DNA from: the human T2T-CHM13v2.0 reference genome, Homo sapiens
DNA: 64,000 bases
Direction: 5' to 3' (one strand)
Assembly (NCBI RefSeq): GCF_009914755.1
Contig: NC_060932.1
Shown: positions 39,968 through 53,254 of the stretch, piece by piece
Layout of the letters: every line of letters begins with the position of its first letter
Position numbering within the stretch: the stretch's first letter is position 1
Position numbers and translations under genes: made by a program
The notes under the pieces: generated by a model
Told to the model about the DNA's origin: nothing
Database searches by the model: none
The model's input: the letters and a program-made list of their open reading frames with translations, nothing else

Positions 39968-41033
39968 GCCCACATCCAACCCCAGAGACCCAGGAGGGAA
40001 TTTCCTTCACCCCACCTTTCATCATTGTTAAAATAGGCCCACATCCAACCCCAGAGACCCAGGAGGGGGAGTTTCCTTCACCCCACCATTCATCATTGTT
40101 AAAACAGACACACAACTAACACCCAGAGACCCAGGAGGGGGAGTTTCCTTCACCCCACCTTTCATCATTGTTAAAATAGACACACATCTAACCCCAGAGA
40201 CCCAGGAGGGGGAGTTTCCTTCACCCCACCTTTCATCATTGTTAAAATAGACACACATCTAACCCCCAGAGACCCAGGAGGGGGAGTTTCCTTCACCCCA
40301 CCTTTCATCATTGTTAAAATAGACACACACCCAACCCCAGAGACCCAGGTGGGGGAGTTTCCTTCACCCCACCTTTCATCATGGTTAAAATAGACACACA
40401 TCTAACACCCAGAGACTCGGGAGGGGGAGTTTCCTTCACCCCACCTTTCATCGTTGTTAAAATAGACACACACCCAACCCCAGAGACCCAGGAGGGGGAG
40501 TTTCCTTCACCCCACCTTTCATCGTTGTTAAAATAGGCCACACCTAACCCCTGAGACCCAGGAGGGGGAGTTTCCTTCACCCCACTAGTCCTCACTGTTA
40601 AAATAGACACACATCTAATCCCCAGGGACCCAGGAAGGGGCGTTTCCTTCCCCCTACCTTTGGTCACTGTTAAAATAGGCCCACACCTAATCCTCAGAGA
40701 CCCAGGAGTGGGAGTTTCCTTCCCCCCACCATTCTTCACTGTTAAAATAGACACACATTCAACCCCCAGAGACCCAGGAGGGGGAGTTTCTTCCCCCCGC
40801 CATTCGTCACTGTTAAAATAGACACACATCTAACCCCCAGGGACCCAGGAGTGGGAGTTTCCTTCCCCCCACCTTTCATCATTGTTAAAATAGGCCCACA
40901 CCCCACCCCAGAGACCCAGTAGAGTGAGTTTCCTTCACCCCACTTTTCGTCACTGTTAAAATAGGCCCACATCTAACCCCAGAGACCCAGGACGGGGCGT
41001 TTCCTTCACCCCACCTTCCATCATTTTTAAAAT
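39968..41033. repeat. Minisatellite/VNTR, 15 copies of a 71-72 bp unit
   Basis: Unit approximately GACACACATCTAACCCCAGAGACCCAGGAGGGGGAGTTTCCTTCACCCCACCTTTCATCATTGTTAAAATA, head to tail with no spacers. Confidence 0.97.
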
Positions 41034-41769
41034 ATCTGACGGTGAGTGTTCAATCTTGGCATTTACTATTGAATGGTGCTAATTGTATCACTTCAGATCT
41101 TTGCAGATTTCAAGCTCAATATTCCCAATTGCCTTGGTATGTTTTCATGTTCCTCGGTCTAGTTGCCTGGCACTGGAATTTAATTGACAGGATTATTTTC
41201 ATATCAGTGTTTTCTGAAATTTTTACTTGGTTTAAAAGAAAAAAAAAAGCATTTGTTGTAGAAATACAAATAGGCTTCAAATGTTTTTATGTCAGAATTT
41301 GTGGAGCAGAGAAAAATAACAATTTTGAATCTGAATCGATTTTAGAACATTTTTTCTTTTAACGACATCATTAAAAATGACCTACATAACAAAAATCAAA
41401 ATCAGCAACAGCATGACCTGTGACCCCTTACCCAGTGTTTTCTTCCTGAGACGGTGTCCAGGTCTCCATGCTGTTTAACTTCCTACAAATGAACCTTGCA
41501 AATGCAATGCATCCATGACTGACTAATACAATCACAATCACTTTTTATTACCCCTAGAGAAGAATGGGAAAATATTCTGTCATCGCTCCTATCATAACAT
41601 TTTAGATTTTATAGCATTTGATGATATCATCTGTTGGCCTTCATTTTATTTCACACTTAAGTCGTAAGCCTTGAGTTGGATCCTCATAATTACATTATTT
41701 ATGTCATCCTCCTCTAGGTCCTTTTGTCTTTCTCCAAGTACTGGTGGCCAACAACTTATTCCTCAATTA

Positions 41770-42156
<387 letters not shown>

Positions 42157-43167
42157 TCATCACAAAATATAAAGAATAATTCATTATGCAAATAAGAAAA
42201 AATAATTGGCAAAACTAAACCTTGCAGGAAATTATTCAAATCAATGGAAAAGCTGGTCCTAGACTGACATGACCTCTGTAGGATTTGAGGGCATGACAGC
42301 GGTCACCCGGGTGATCACAGACCCTTATTAAACAAATCTCCCATTACAGCCACAGAATGCTTGGCTTCTTCCCACAGAATCCAAGCACAGAATGGTTTCA
42401 GTGGGACGTTCGACAACATCATACACTGACAGTTCCGTCTTCGCGATGATATACATGTTGGTCAGTTAGCAAGGATGATAAAACATCATATTAAACTGTA
42501 AGAGACTGGAATATATGCCCACCTCTACCTCTGATTTGCTTTTTGACATTGAGTACATCAATTAAGCATCATCTTGTGTCACTGTCTTTTCTTACAATGG
42601 TCATCGTGGTACCTTCCACCTTCCTCCCTTTGAGAAATGGATGAAGATTTATGTCCTGTTTTTAGGGTAGCCTCACCTTGAAACAGACGAAGGTATGAGG
42701 TGTTTCGGTTTCAGAGCACTACCGTGCTACAAAGACACATCCCAAACTTGCCCTCTCCTGAATGTTGTCACGTTTGGCCCCAAGTGCCTTATGTTTTACA
42801 GTTGTTACACATTTGTTTTCAAGCTTAAAATAGACACATAAAAGTAAAACTTTCTAACGTAAACCAGGAATTGTATGTTTGCATTCCCAGAGATGGGGAT
42901 GTCTTCCCTCCTTGTAAAATGCCCACCTTGTTTCATAATAAATTTCCTCTTAGGTACTCTCAGGCAGCCTGTCTCCCTATTGTATTGGAATTGCTTAGAC
43001 TGCCTCATCTATTGTGATATTTCCACTGAAAATCATTCTATTGAAGAATATTTTATAGGCTTTCTTTTCTTATAGCAGAAGTGTAAAAATGCCTTTTCAG
43101 GATTCTTACAAGGTGTAAGTTTATAAAAATGTACGGCTATGTCTTGATACATTGATAGGAAAGTTTT

Positions 43168-43690
<523 letters not shown>

Positions 43691-45307
43691 TACAATACTA
43701 TCTTTTTTATAGCACAGAAAATTCTGAGTTTACAAGTTAATTTTCCTCTTAACATACACATCTTTTTATTAACATAATATCAGTTTAATGTCTGTTAGAA
43801 ATCAACTTTTCTTTCTCCACAACTGAATGTCACCATGTTGTACTCAATAAGAATTCGTAGGATAATTGTTTCAGTAGTGACCTGGGAATAGTAAAGTTTG
43901 AGGTAGACCACTCATTTTGGGGGAATAGAACCGAAGAAATGAGCACATACAGATTACTTTTAGATAAGGAAGTAAAGTAACTTTGTTAGATTTAAGTGCT
44001 TAGTTTATTTTTTATAATAAATCAGTTTATCTTTTAAACAAATTGTGAAATAAGTAAATGTTGTGTTTTTTCCTTTAGCTCCGGGTCCTCATTTCTCTTC
44101 ACCTGCATATGCCCTGTGTCCTTCTGTTGGTCTTCCATGGATATTCACTGTGACCCAGATCCTTTAATTGGGTCACCTTGAACTCTGTAAATGACCAATG
44201 CCCTACCTAGCCCTAGCCCCGAATGCATCTCTGTGTATAATTGGGGCATCTCCAGCATTGCCAGCCAATTCGGGTTCCAGTTTCCAGAAACTACCCTGTC
44301 CGTCTAAAGCAGGTAAAGCCATCCGCTTTCTGAGACTCACAATGAGGGCATCCTGCTGCTGGTTTGTTTCTGCTATTGTGATTCAATGTCAAAATCCAAG
44401 CCACTTACTTTCCCTAAACCTGGTTCTTGGATGCATCTCTAATTAAACCGATGCCTCCTTCTGTGTCTGAGCCTCTAATCTGACAGTCTGCCTGTGTCCT
44501 ACATTCCTGTAAGCATAGGTTCTGCTTCATAAATGCTTTTTCCACATTGGCGCTTCTCACTGGAGCTCTGCCTGCCTATATGCTGCTTAAGGCACCTCTG
44601 CTTCCTCTCTCAATATCATCTGACCCTAAGTGACTTTTACAGTTTATCCACCTATCAGAATTTGTGTGACCTCATATTGGGCACCCAATGCTAAATATCT
44701 GCACAGAATACCTTACAAAATTTTGTCTGTTGCTACACCCTCCAAATACTTCAAATATTGTGTTCAGACTGTCATATGATCTTCGGCCTAAAATGTATTC
44801 CTGTTTTTCCTGGCCCACAGCAATGATCAGTTTCAATCCAAGTCGCTCCAATGTACATATAGTGGGCTATGTGTCTGAGGGTTCAGAAAATATCCTGTTA
44901 TCATATCCACGGTCTTATCAGAGTTGACAAAAATACACAAAATACGTTGGCAGAGGATGAGGTTCATGTGAAACCGACAAGACAGTAATAAAAAACAAAG
45001 AGAAAAATCTGGCTTTTGTCATCCAATTTATAAACAAAAAATGTGAAATAAATTTTAAATTAAATTGGGGAATTAGTTATATATGATATCTTTTAAATAA
45101 AAGGCACTAAACTCTTAGTAATATCCATGAAGAGTCTTAAGGTCATTATATCATTCCTTCAAAATAAGACAGCAAGTATTTTATTATAACGTGCTTGGGC
45201 TCAAGTCTATTACATCCCAGAATTCCATTATCATGTACCAAAGGGAAGTGAAGAAAGCATCAGGAAGAACCTAGGGCTGAAAAAATTTACCTAAATATGG
45301 AGGCTGC

Positions 45308-45419
45308 TGTTGGCATGGAATGGAGGTGGAAGATATGTAGTTGAGGGAGAGAGAAGATGCCAGATGTTGGCATAGAATGGAGGTGGAAGATATGTAATTG
45401 AAGGAGAGAGGCGATGCCA
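45308..45419. repeat. Two-copy tandem duplication, ~57-bp period
   Basis: GAATGGAGGTGGAAGATATGTA(G/A)TTGA(G/A)GGAGAGAG..GATGCCA x2. Confidence 0.9.
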
Positions 45420-46072
45420 TAGCACTCAAGAGGGCATTGAAAAATGACCTTGTTTTAGGATATTATCAATAACAGAGGAGGCTGAGCTAGGAAAGTGGTC
45501 ATTGAGAGCAAAAGTGAACCCTATAAGACACATTTCCAGCAAGCAAAGGGGACTCTGGACAGCCGGACCCCTAAGAGCAGGCTTCATCATGACCCATTTG
45601 CAGCGTGACAGAGCCCAGTTCTGCAGGAGAAAGGAATGATAAGCAGGGGACAGAAAAGACCCTTCAAGCAGATGGAGAGTTCGAGATGTGTTCCACATTA
45701 CAGGGGAGCATATATGATGAACGGGGAAACTGCGGCAGCCACACACAGACTACTGTTATCTAGTTAACATCTTTTCCCCATGAGAATGTGCAGCAGTTCC
45801 CTTCCCAAGGCCTATGCAATCACAGACAGCCGTATTTACCCTTCTCATGTACCATGAGTGCGTCCCCTTCACAGGTTGGAGCTCAGGCTACTACAAAGGT
45901 CTGCCTGCCATCAAAAGTAAAGCCCCATTACCAGAAAGAGTTGCCCAGCCCCGGGGCCGCATGGGCCTGCAGGACCAGTGCTAACTGAAGAGTGTGAGCA
46001 GAGGCCATGCCATCAGTCTGTGCAGGGTGATGCATTGTGAGTGAGCCTTTTCTGCCTTCTCTCCTTGTCTGC

Positions 46073-46328
46073 TAGGGGCTAACTTACTTGCTAGGGGCAC
46101 AGGGCACAGTGCCTATGGCCCACAGTCTCTTTAGAGGCTCATGGAAATGCTTTGATTTCCTTAAATCAGAAGAAAAAAGTAAATTTCTGGGTTAAAGAAA
46201 CTGTATTAATATACAATCATCTATTGATAGTTATAGGCACACAGTCATGAGAAGAAATGTTTGATGTTTTGTGTGGAGGAATGGACTGTATAAGAAGCTC
46301 AAGCCCATGGCAGTCATGGTGTGGCCCC
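46073..46328 (+). mobile_element. hAT-Tip100-type non-autonomous DNA transposon fossil (ORSL-like)
   Basis: GGCACAGTGCCTA.GGCCCAC...AAATCAGAAGAAAAAA...GTCAT..TGTGGCCCC; family name recalled from memory. Confidence 0.5.
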
Positions 46329-46505
46329 ATCCCTGGGTGCAGCTCCTCCCAGGTCAAAGCAGGGTAGTGGGTAGAGAGCCCTGCAGACAGAAATGTCATT
46401 CAAGAGATTTCTCCTTACATTGATAAACTTCTTCAATTACTATAGCATTCTTCATTTCATTTTCTTAGAAACAATGAAGGAACATATGGTTAAAAACAAC
46501 TTGCC

Positions 46506-47013
46506 TATACTCAGAGGAACATAAACTGTTCTACCATAAAGACATACTCATGCATATGTTCGATGCAGCAGTATTCACAATAGCAAAGACAAAGACTCAA
46601 TCTAAGTGCCCATCAGCGAGAGACTGGATAAAGAAAGTATGGTACATATACACCATGGAATACTACACAGCCATAAAAAGGAATGAGATCATGTCTTTTG
46701 TGAGAACATGGATGGAGCTGGAGGGTATTATCGTTAGCAAACTAAGGCAGAAACAGGAAACCAAATACCGCGTGATCTCACTTCTAAGCAGGAGCTAAAT
46801 GGTGTGAACTCATGAACACAAAGAAGGGGATGACAGACCCTGGGGCCTATTGGAGGGTGGAGGATGAGAAGAGGGAGAGGATCAGCAAACATAACTAATG
46901 GGTACTAGGCTTAGTGCCTGGGTGACCAAATAATCTGTACAACAAACCCCCGTGACATGAGTTTACCCAAATAACAAACCTGCACCTGTGCCCCAAACCT
47001 AAAACAAAAGTTA
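46506..47013 (+). mobile_element. 3' end of an older primate L1 (L1PA13-16-like)
   Basis: WYIYTMEYYTAIKRNEIMSF ORF2 end; 3'UTR GGGTACTAGGCTTAGT..AATAATCTGTACAACAAACCCCCGTGAC. Confidence 0.88.
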
Positions 47014-47225
47014 CAATAATAAACTAAGATTAAAAAGCAAATACTTTATTTTGAATTTTGTTGCTCTCCCATGGATATAGGAATGAATTATCAGCAGGTA
47101 GGATACTATAGCAAAACTGTTTTTATTTTTTATTTACCTCATGAAAATGCTAAAATATTACTTCTTACCACGTATGAGAGATGACATCTTAAATAAAATA
47201 TTTCAAATATAAAAGAAAAGCAACA

Positions 47226-47528
<303 letters not shown>

Positions 47529-47699
47529 TTAGATTCTGATTTCAGACTGAGGGAGCAACTAACGTTGATATCTGTGGTAAAGAATCATGTAACCAGAGGC
47601 ACTGATCAAAATCCCACATAATTTCAGATGTTTGCTAACAGTGGCCATGAGTTGGTGGCCATTTTTATCTGATGCGGTGAAAACACAGAATGCTTATGA

Positions 47700-47912
47700 T
47701 GTATCAGTGGGAAGCTCTTGAGCTTTGGATTATACTAACAGGGTTTGAATCCTGGTGCTGCCACTCACTAATGATAGGACCTTAACTTATGGAACCCTCG
47801 GTTTCCTGTCTTTAAACTGAAAATAACAAAAGGATCATCTTCAAAGGGCTACTTTGGAGATAAAATGAGACAATGAATGTGAATTGCCTGGCACGTGGTC
47901 AGTGCTCATTGA
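47700..47912 (+). mobile_element. MIR
   Basis: GGGTTTGAATCCTGG..CTGCCACTCACT...CCTCGGTTTCCT...TGCCTGGCACGTGGTCAGTGCTCA. Confidence 0.8.
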
Positions 47913-48189
47913 TATATTATCCAATATTTCTCTTTTACCATGGCCCCCAAAGACACAGCTGGCGGTTTCTCTTGCGTATGTACCTGGAATGAACTTGGTA
48001 TCTGACCTTCAGGGCTTCATGCCAGATCTTTAAAGTTACCGTGTGAATGATATATTGAATAGCAGTTACTCCTATTTCTTTATGTGTAAACTTGATTCAT
48101 TTCAATGTACAACTTTTCTGGCCTATGTAAGAGTAGAGTGTCCTGTCCTCCAGAGAGAAATTCAGAAGATCATTGTTGACAGGTGACTG

Positions 48190-48395
48190 ATAATAGATAG
48201 CTAGATAGATAAAAACAGATCATAGATAAATAATGATAGATAATTGCCTCGTCAATCAGTAGATACATATGTAATAGATGGATATAGACAGAATGATAAT
48301 AGATCATAGATTATCAATCAATAGATGATCAATTAATTGACAGACACATGATAGATACGTAGGGATAGATGATAGATGATGACAGGTATGATACA
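48190..48395. repeat. Degenerate (GATA/TAGA)n simple repeat
   Basis: Recurrent ATAGAT/GATAGA words. Confidence 0.75.
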
Positions 48396-49229
48396 TAAAT
48401 GTAAATGTTTGTTGAGATATCTATTAGATGCACGGATATTATCCAAAACTACTGCTTGATGGCATGAAAACAATGACTTTTCCTTAAAACGTCATCTCTA
48501 AGATTAAACACTGATGACAATTGTATCCTGCCCTCTTGCTTTGCATGTGAATAAGACCCTCTTGTAAGCTTTTCCTAGCAGAGAAGGGAAGGTGGGGTTG
48601 CTGAGGGCTTGCCCGCTCCTCACCCACCTCCAGACATCTCTGAGTCTCTCCAGGTGGGGCCTGAATTAGCTGGGAAGAGGAGAGGAGGGGCCTGGAAGGC
48701 CAACCGGAGCTGCAGTGAGGCTGATGCTTAGGGAAGATCGAGGCACATAATAAAACTATGCCTGTGACCATTCAGAATGTCACCGCTGAAACCTGTTTTA
48801 TTTGCAGACAACAGATTAACTACTGTAAGCTGAAATATTTCCTGAAACTTTAAAAGTACATGTAAGCAATGAATTGTACATTCCCTTTATTAAATATATA
48901 CTTTATGTCTTCAAGTGTGTGTGGGAGTGCGCGCATGTGTGCGTGCGCACACACACACACTTTATTTTAAATGAAATTATCTGAGATGGAAGGAAAACAT
49001 TCCTAAATAGGAAACTCTGACGGGCAGATGTTGCAGGGACCCTGATGCCCTCACCTCCTGCTGCTCCAACCCTGGATGTATGAATGATTCTTCTCCTTCC
49101 TTGAGTGTGGGCACAGTCTGTGACTTGAGCTGACAACTGAACATGGCAAGTGTGAGAGCACCAGATGCCACGGAAGTGTCTGTTCTGTCGATGCTGAGTT
49201 TGTCAAGATACGGAGCCTGACTCAATCCA

Positions 49230-49610
49230 GGGAAAGCCCTTGAAAGAGGGTCTGGCCTCCATGAGGTGAGGGCTCCCCATGGCTTTGGAGAAGCCAGCAA
49301 GGACACGCCCTGCCCAGAGAAGACCACAGCCACGTGGCAGGGAAATGCCAGTGGCACCAAGGAGCTGGGAGTCTCAGTCTGACCACTGTGAGGACCTGAG
49401 TTCTGCTGACAGCCTGAAGAGGCCCCTGACACTCAGATGAGACCACAGCCCAGCCAACACCTGGTCACGTCCTTGTGAGACCCTGAGAGAAGACCCAGCC
49501 AAGCCGTGTCTGGGCTCCTGACCCACGGATGCTGTGAGATAAGAAACGGTGCTGTTTCAGGCCCCTACACGTGTGGTATTTTGTTACAGAGCAATAGAAA
49601 ACTAATGTAC
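49230..49610 (+). mobile_element. MaLR LTR (MLT1D/E-type)
   Basis: CAGATGAGACCACAGCCCAGCCAACACC..TGAGACCCTGAG..GACCCAGC; ends TTTGTTACAGAGCAATAGAAAACTAAT..ACA. Confidence 0.8.
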
Positions 49611-50658
49611 ACAACACTGCCTATTATTTGAAAACACTTTATAAAATTATCTACAAGTTAACTGTGGGAAAAACAAACACTGCTTATTGGATATTTTCCC
49701 AACGTTTTTCTCAGCTAGGTTAACAGCTATGTAAAAACAAAATTTTGCCGTAAGCTTTTATTTACAAATGATATATAGATACTGCAATTTACAAACTACA
49801 CAGATACTGCAATGCCAGGAGTAGATATTAGAGCAGCATAATATGTTTGCCATAATCTTAATCTTTATTGAAATAAGTAAAAATCTGTGAGTGTGGATTT
49901 ACGTGCAGGCTGAATATTTCCTTATTTTTATAACCCTATTCTATACTTTCCCCTGGTTCTTAGCATGGTTGTGAATAATTTTTAAAACTACTCACTGGAT
50001 GAAAAGATGCTTTGACTCAATTTCCTAAAATATAATACACCGTAAAAAGCAAGAAGGCAGTGAATGCTATTCTTTGAATACTATAATCTCTTTTACTTTA
50101 AAACAGCAATGCTTACACATCACAACCAAGAATGTCTGGGAAATCTGTGAGTGTCTTTATTATTGACAAAATTAGATTGTAGAAAATGTGCATTTGAGGA
50201 CTGCCCCTCAGCTTGTATAGGATTTCCAAAATCTAGTTCTTAAAAAGAAGTAATCAATGATGACATGGACCCATCGTGATGCCCTTTTATATCTTACTCA
50301 TAGCCAGGGAGGTGAAGGCATTGAAAGAATCTATATGAGACGCACACAGAGTGTCTACTGATGTGTTTGGGTAGAGATAGGTGGGAGAGGATGCCAGAAG
50401 AAAATGACATCAACCTTTTCAAGGTATCAGTCAATCCTATAAAGAAAGCATTATCTCTCTTGATCAACGCATAATTTCAGGGACTCCAAATGATGGATTC
50501 TGACATACCCTGCTCTTCACCTTCAGGTTTGTTTCCAGTAATTGATTGCATTCAGCAGCTGTGTACACTTCATGCTTGCAATATTTTCTCCTTGTTTTCA
50601 AGCACCAAAATGACAATGCTTAGTGCTTCTGTATCGGTCCTGAGAGTGTATTCCTGTC

Positions 50659-50768
50659 CAAAGCCACTCTCTCATTTATAGTAGTATGTTTAATGTTGAT
50701 GTCATTTTTATTTTCAAAGCCACTCTGTCATTTATAATAGTATATTTAATGTTGATGTCATTTTTATT
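50659..50768. repeat. Two-copy tandem duplication, 56-bp period
   Basis: CAAAGCCACTCT(C/G)TCATTTATA(G/A)TAGTAT(G/A)TTTAATGTTGATGTCATTTTTATT x2. Confidence 0.93.
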
Positions 50769-51158
50769 GTATCAATGTGTTAATAAAACCAGCATGACAG
50801 CTACATAAACCCACAGCTCCATGCTTTAATTTTCGCATCCACAGGCTACGTTGTAATGTGTTCAGAATTAGTCGTCAATATCAGATCACCCACCTTCACC
50901 TTTTACTTATTGTGGCAAAAACATAAATATGGAGCTGCAGTGCAAACGGCTGCAAATGGATGGGCCATTTTATAGAATGGATGCCATTCTTTTTTATTTC
51001 ACATTGAATTTGCAGAGTAAGTAGAGTGGGACTTCCTAGGTCTCTCTCTAATGTTCTTTAAACTGAGTATGACCAGGCAGTCTGCAGATCCACACTGCAG
51101 GTGGCAGCACAGCCTGCTGGGGAGCTGCAATGTGTCACCACTGGGTGATCCCATTGCA

Positions 51159-51263
51159 TCTGTAGCACGGCTAAGAGCGTCAGCTCCTAGTCCAACGAGC
51201 CTTCTCCAAAACACAACTCTTGTAATAATGCTCCCCTGAAAAAAGTGAGTTAATTCTAGGAGA
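51159..51263 (+). repeat. First copy of a ~105-bp dispersed direct repeat (second copy at 53102-53207)
   Basis: CCTAGTCCAAC(G/A)AGCCTTCTCCAAAACACA..TCTTGTAATAATGCTCCCCT..AAAAAGT.AGTTA.TTCTAGGAGA present at both sites. Confidence 0.93.
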
Positions 51264-51576
51264 TGATACTGTCTCTTAAACATTTCTGATACAGCTCATG
51301 GCAGAGTGAGAAGTATAGCTATGACTCATGAAACCGAGAGGAGCCCAGGACCCTGGAGGTGCCTGCAGTCAATGGTGGTTGGACATCCTACACCACTATG
51401 TTTCTCTCTCCCTCCCTCTCATGTCACTTGTTAGGGGTATTGGTGAACCAGCCTCTAATGGTTCCTTTTGCCCATACCCTCTGCTCTGTGTTACGAATTC
51501 ACAGTTCCAACCTCTCAGTCACTGTGATGACCGTGCCATGAAGAGCACAGTGACAGGATCAATTTCCCCTCCATCA

Positions 51577-51947
<371 letters not shown>

Positions 51948-51989
51948 GGTTAATGGTAACAATGGCTTCTGTGTATGGAATGTCACCTA

Positions 51990-52200
51990 AGAGTAGAGCA
52001 GACACAGAGCTGGATGTTCTATACAATGTCACTAATTCTCACAACAAATCTGCACAGTGCTTTACTATTATTTGCATTTTGCCAGGGTGGAGACTGGGCT
52101 CAGAGAGGTGAATTCATGGATGGAAGTTCAAAGAGCAGAAGGTAGAAACCTGATCCAAGGCTTCTCTGTTCTCAAAAGTCTGGCCTTCCTACCCAGCGCT
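51990..52200 (-). mobile_element. MIR
   Basis: TAATTCTCACAACAA...CATTTTGCCAGG.TGGAGACTGGGCTCAGAGAGGTGAA. Confidence 0.75.
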
Positions 52201-53054
52201 TGTAGATTTTTATTTTGGGCTAATTTACATGCAGAGGACGATGAGTAATCCTTAAGCCTAGAAAACATTTCTCCCATAGGACTGTGTTGAGGTTAACGTA
52301 CAAAGTGCTTTGAGTAACTGAAGTTAGAAAAAAATCCCTATCCCTCCTGAACCATGGAACCATGGGCAGGTTTCTCCAAACCTCTGTTCCCTCATACCTA
52401 AGGCAGTAGAAAATAGTAACTGTGGGGTTTTCATCAGTATTAAGTTAGATCATAGCAAGGCCTTCGTGTGTGAGTTACAATACATGCTAATCAGTCCCTT
52501 TGCAACTTGGGGTATTATGAGTGTTTCCAAGGCCCCTGAACCCTGAGAACTGTCTCCACTTCCCATCACAAATTGTAGGCATTCCTATGCCAAGAGACAT
52601 GTGTCACCTTCTATAGCCTTTTTCATGACCCCTGTTATACAGAGTCTGAAGAAAAACATACTTAAATTCATATAGCACTTGGATGTTTTCAAAAGCCATT
52701 TCATATGTGTTTTCTACATAAGTTAGAAAAGTAAACTATTATTGTCCCTGCTTCACAGATAAAATCAACACTGGGAAAAAGTGTGGTGGTTGGGATTGAA
52801 CAGAGTAAGGAACTAGAGGAAAGATGCTTTACCCCGCTCTGATTTTGTCTCACTTTACCACAGAGCAAGGGGCACACTGAGAGCATGTACTTCATCACAG
52901 AGCCCTGTGCCCCCATCCAGACAGAGGACCCAGAGACTGTTCCCGATGTGGGCGAGAGCCCTGCACACCTAACTTCCTGTTTTCAGAACAGATTCAGAGT
53001 CCCGCCCCCAGCTGCATGCATCGCTGGCCCTGGGCTGTGTGTGGGCTTCCAGGA

Positions 53055-53254
53055 CAGGCACAGCTCCTGTCTAATTCATATAGCACCTGGCATTGACCTT
53101 AATCTGTAGCATGTCTGAGATGGTCAGATCCTAGTCCAACAAGCCTTCTCCAAAACACAGGTCTTGTAATAATGCTCCCCTAAAAAAAGTCAGTTAGTTC
53201 TAGGAGACTGACCTTATGCCAGTTGCTATATAAATTAGACAGGAGCTGTGCCTG
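53055..53254. repeat. 39-bp inverted repeat arms (53055-53093 / 53216-53254) enclosing an 8-bp direct repeat and a 107-bp duplicated segment
   Basis: CAGGCACAGCTCCTGTCTAATTCATATAGCACCTGGCAT versus ATGCCAGTTGCTATATAAATTAGACAGGAGCTGTGCCTG (37/39 complementary); TGACCTTA at 53094 and 53209. Confidence 0.95.

Noticed and set aside
39858-40972. Repetitive ORFs (76-171 aa) in the VNTR as a novel protein
   Set aside because: They arise from frame-cycling through 71/72-bp units, mostly begin at non-ATG codons, and have no supporting splice or promoter context
39968-41033. CRISPR-like array
   Set aside because: Units are contiguous with no unique spacers, the context is a primate intron and there are no cas genes; it is a minisatellite
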